Shown here: piece by piece, positions 59,852 to 64,000 of the stretch
Layout: each line of letters opens with the position of its first letter
Position numbering within the stretch: position 1 is the stretch's first letter
NCBI GenBank assembly: GCA_043228905.1
Contig: JBHGNT010000077.1
Location: forward strand, 42,707-106,706
DNA: 64,000 bases
Direction of reading: 5' to 3'
Origin: Azolla caroliniana
Taxonomy: Eukaryota > Plantae > Polypodiophyta
The notes under the pieces: model-generated
What the model was told of the DNA's origin: nothing
The model's input: only the letters and a program-made list of their open reading frames with translations
Databases searched by the model: none
Translations under genes and position numbers: made by a program

Positions 59852-61910
59852 AAGAGATTGTGAAAATATTTATCGCACCACAAAGATGTCGTGAAGCACG
59901 CTACACATGTGCCAAACGTTGCGATGTGCGCGTTACACGTGCGCAGACAAGCACCGGCCTCTATCCGCAAGTGGTGATGGAGGAGCGAAAGGATCGTTGA
60001 AGACAATGGAACGGTGGAAGGATTAGCACTTGCGAGAAGTATTAAAGATAGATATGGATGAGAATCCCAACTCCCGGTTTGAACTTTTGACTTCAAAGTT
60101 GAGATACAAGACACATTGCCAATGAAATAACTAGGATTACTTTGCATACATTACTTGATTTCCTTTCCCTTCCTCTCCTTCTTATATAGATGCCCCCATG
60201 CATATGTGCATGTGAGGGTGTAGTACATGCATACAATGCATGAAATGCATGCAATGCATGATTGCCATTTGGCGCTCATGCATCACATGCAATGCATGAT
60301 GACCATGTACCTCATCCAAGCTCTCATGTACCAGCAGTTCGTGTGAAAAGTACAATGAAGAAAATAAGTTTTAAAGGAAATAACCTAGTCTAATGGTATG
60401 TCAATTGCCTCTTGTCTTAGAGGTGTAAGGTTCAAACCTTTCCTTGCACCTCATTGTATGCGTTTGGCTTATTTTATATATTTCTGTAATGAACACCTAA
60501 ACACACATTACACGTGCACATTCACGTGTTAACATACACGCCTAACCATCACTCCTTTCATACGTGTGCATATTGCATCTTCTCGATTTCCCTTGTTCCA
60601 CGCGATTTTCATACTGTTGCCGAAAATCTTCACGAGATCGTTTATCTTTGTACTATCATTCACGCTCTTTGCACCCACATTCACATACGTATCAACTGGT
60701 TGTGGCCGAGTCGATTCTCAACAAACTGTACAATGGCTTATTAGGAATTTCCTTTGGGGATCTAAATATTGTTCATATGTCAACGTCAAGTGTTTTGGAA
60801 AGTTGTTATAACTCCAATGGAAGAGGGTGGTCTTGGATTGATTGACCCTCTTTTAAAATGTAAGGCTTTTTTGGGATAACATATTTTTCATTCTCATACT
60901 TTAATCATTCTTGCTCACATCGTGCTTACAATTTCATGATATATTGCTTTCAATTGTTATTCTCTTATCCAACATGTTCGAGTTGAGCAACTTGCTATAG
61001 TGTATGAGGTCTACAACAAATCTAGGCATTGTATAAGCTCAGACAAGGAAGCTCAACAATCCCTTAATCAATAGATAAATACACCCTTTGATGGTATCAA
61101 CCCTTAACACAGTGACCACTCTACGCCACCTTGATACCACCACAACTAGCCACAATAGTCCTAACATTCATAGACACTACCACGGTAGAATGACCACCAT
61201 GTTGATCTATATGATCATTGTGCAACCTCCCCTCACTAACAATTTGTATCATATGCTCTTGATCATTAGAGGGCAAAAGAAGACATAGCATTTTTTATGA
61301 TTCTTTTCATTTTGGGTTCATTATGGCATTGTCTGACAAACATGGTGACAAATGGTGGCATAATGAAGTACAACATTCCACGATTATAAACTACAATGTA
61401 ATTATGAATGTTAAGGAATATATTAAATATATAAAAAAGTAGAAGTTAAGAACTTAATGTAGTGCAATCGACGCGCCCGTTACGACATGTAAAGAATCGG
61501 ATATGATTCTTGTGCAGCAGAAGAGATGTGTGTTATGTGTATGTGTGAGAGGAAAGAGATGAGAGAAGAGAAAACACATCGCACTAGAGATGATTATTGA
61601 CCTTTTAGTGATCATAGATTCTCAAAGGGTGTGTTCACACGTCACACTAGGTTGAGCTTGATTCTCAACACAACACAAGTGAACGATATATGCAATAGGA
61701 CTGCCAACTCTTGACCTCCTCTAGATTAGAGAGAAGAGGACAAAAAGAATAGAGAGAGAGAGAGGAACTAGAGCTAATCAGCCTCATAACACATCTCCTA
61801 GAATTAGAGTAGAACATGTCTCTTCCCTCATTGTTATTCATAGAGTTCTGCTCCTAATAATCATTTTATCACCTAAATGGAGCTTCCTTGAAGGAGTCAA
61901 CACAACCTAG

Positions 61911-64000
61911 TGTTGAGAGTCGAATCTCAAAACTGTGAGAAAGATTAACTCGGAAAATACACAATAGCACATTGAAACAACAAATGCACAATGCACATGG
62001 AAACCCTAAATGGGGGAAAACCACGTGAACAGAGATTCCACTATACAGAGAGAAATACAAGGTGATATCACACAATACAACACTCTAAAACCGAATGTAT
62101 TATTTGCACAGGGCTCTTGACATCCAAGCTCACTTAGTTATGGCGCTGCTCTCTCCTTTCTCGCTCTTCTGTTCTGCCTACACACACTTCTTAGCACACA
62201 TTGTTTTTTTCTCATATTCTACGTTTGCCCTAGATGTATTTATACTCATACATCAAATGGGCTATTTACAAATGTAGCCCCTTCTATACATCACTACTAT
62301 TATTATCTATAACAATAAGTCACCATTAGCCGACTCTAGTGTCGACTGTCCAGTCGGTCCGACTAGTCGGCCTGGTCATCGACCATCCGATCGGCCCGAC
62401 TAGTCAGTCGTGTCTTCAACCTGGATCTCCTTTCTGTCAACTCACCCAGTTGACTCTCACAATCGACTCTTCAACCATCGACACTCGGCCCGAACAATTG
62501 GCTCCTCCTAGTCTTCGACTATCGACACTTCTTGGACCAAACAGTCGGCTCCTCCCACTGGAGGGACATATTCCCAACAAACTCCCCCTTCACTACAATG
62601 GATGGGAGTCGACTGGTCCTGTCTTTTGTCGACAGACTATCAGTCTATCCATTGGTAGGTTCTTCGTGAGTATGTCGGATCCATTGTCGTCGGTATGGAT
62701 TTTCACGAGGGAAAACTCTCCTTCGTCTACCTTCTCTCGCAACCAATGATACCTCCTTTGTATATGCTTTGTCCGAGAGTGGTATGCAACGTTCTTTGCA
62801 ATATGTATGGCACTCTGATTATGATAGTGGAGCAAGAATTATTCTTGCTTCATCTCGAGTTCACTGAGGAAAATCTTCATCCAAATCAGCTCCTTGCCAG
62901 CCTCTACCGCTACCATATACTCTGCCTCTATGGTCGACAAGGCCACAAACTTCAGCAGTCGTGACTGCCATGGCACTGCTCCCCCTGCATATGTCATCAC
63001 GTACCCTAACGTGGATCGGCTCGAGTCCCCATCCCTCGACATGTCCGAATCGGTAAACCCTTTGAGCATGGGTTATCTGACACCATACTTTAGGCATACC
63101 CCCGAGGTGCCTTTTAAGTACACGAGTACCATTTCACTGTTGCCCAGTGTTCTCGTCCTGGATTACTCATATATCGGCTTAATGTTCCCACAACAAATGT
63201 TATGTCTGGTCTCGTGCAAACCATAGCGTACATTAAATTGTCGACGACTGAGGCATATGGTACTTTCCTCATCTCAGCCTTTTCTTTCTCCCATCTCGGG
63301 CACTGCTTTGCATTCAACTTGCAGTTGGTCGATAACACAGAGCTGATAACCTTTGCTTCCGACATGTTGAATCTTTCTAGGATCTTCGTCACGTATTTCT
63401 CTTGTGACAACAACAACACTTTCTTAGTTCTGTCCCGAACTATGTGAATCCCTAAGATTTGTTTAGTCGGTCCAAGATCTTTCATGGCAAACGATTTTCC
63501 TAGAGCTTTCTTCAAGCTTCCAATCTTCCTTGTATCTTGACCGACTATCAACATGTCATCTACATATAATAAGAGAATCAAGAAATCACCTTCTTCATAC
63601 CTTTTGACGAACACATAGTGATCAACCGATGTTTTTTGGAACCGATGTTCCATCATGAAGGATTCAAACTTCTTGTACCATTGGTGTGGAGCTTGTTTCA
63701 ACCCATACAAACTTTTCTTCAGTCAACACACCAAATTCTCTTTCCCTTTCTCCACAAAGCCTTCGGGCTACTACATGTAGATCTCTTCATCCAGCTCCCC
63801 ATGCAAGAATGATGTCTTGACATCGAACTATTCGATCTCCATATCCATGCTCGCAGCAATGCTCATAACAGTTCAGATGAATGTCATCTTCACGACAAAC
63901 GTGAATATTTCGTTGAAGTCGACACCCCTTTTTTGTTGGAAACCCTTCACCACAATGCATGCTTTATACCTGGGGGGGCATTGTCGACTTCTCTAGTCTT
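61911..64000 (-). mobile_element. Degenerate Ty1/Copia C3 (3' LTR ~61911-62579 plus RT/RH), truncated by the window end
   Basis: YGLKQAP, YVDD, FTDSD and SDILTK fragments with frameshifts; PPT then TGTTGGGA at 62579; AAACCCTAAATGGG motif shared with the C1 LTR. Confidence 0.88.

Larger units (their letters stand above)
47815..60637 (-). mobile_element. Older Ty3/Gypsy element E (second family of the Trp-primed group), degenerate, hosts C2
   Basis: LTRs 59644-60637 and 47815-48594 (partly inverted), TSD TCGT, Trp PBS, PPT GGTGGGGGTGGA. gag-PR 59605-57457; pol 57466-57212 and 51880-48656 with many lesions. Confidence 0.9.
47315..60723 (+). mobile_element. Copia solo LTR (47315-47814 plus 60642-60723), split by Gypsy E
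   Basis: Start TGTTGAGAAAACAGGTCCCTCCGGATGGGAAG resembles the C2 LTR start. GGTTTTCCACGTAAA and GGTTGTGGCCGAG...TCAACA match the C1 LTR. TSD unclear. Confidence 0.78.

Noticed and set aside
47310-60728. 5-bp TSD for the Copia solo LTR
   Set aside because: Flanks ACAAG and AACTG do not match; the right flank may be a PBS remnant.
60850-61910. Possible gene or element in the AT-rich interval
   Set aside because: No convincing ORF, termini or TSD found by eye; left unassigned.

Overview
Eukaryotic land-plant genomic DNA; the transposon mix suggests a non-seed plant such as a fern (inference). Bases 1-9.3 kb hold an intact minus-strand class II histone deacetylase of the HDA15 type (16 coding exons, about 615 aa, RanBP2-type zinc finger). 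The remaining ~55 kb is a nested transposon island that can be rebuilt almost junction by junction from target-site duplications (TSDs). Nest 1: a ~410-bp non-autonomous hAT element (9721-44282) contains an L1-clade LINE. The LINE contains tRNA-Trp-primed Ty3/Gypsy element A. A contains gag-only element B (which holds intact self-priming chromovirus G), element D and intact young Copia C1. Nest 2: an old LINE with a 5' inversion contains two nested Gypsy solo LTRs and a Copia solo LTR; that LTR contains Gypsy E, which contains Copia C2. A degenerate Copia runs off the window end. The best candidate for an under-described system is the Trp-primed Gypsy group. Its insertions show 4-bp TSDs centred on CG (four exact, two imperfect). 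Gag is fused to a protease with a D-H-G active site. RT-RH-INT appears to be reached by a -1 frameshift at G_GAU_UUU plus a covarying pseudoknot, and a covarying CCGG-loop hairpin precedes the PPT. No database searches were possible, so novelty is untested and family names come from motif recognition.
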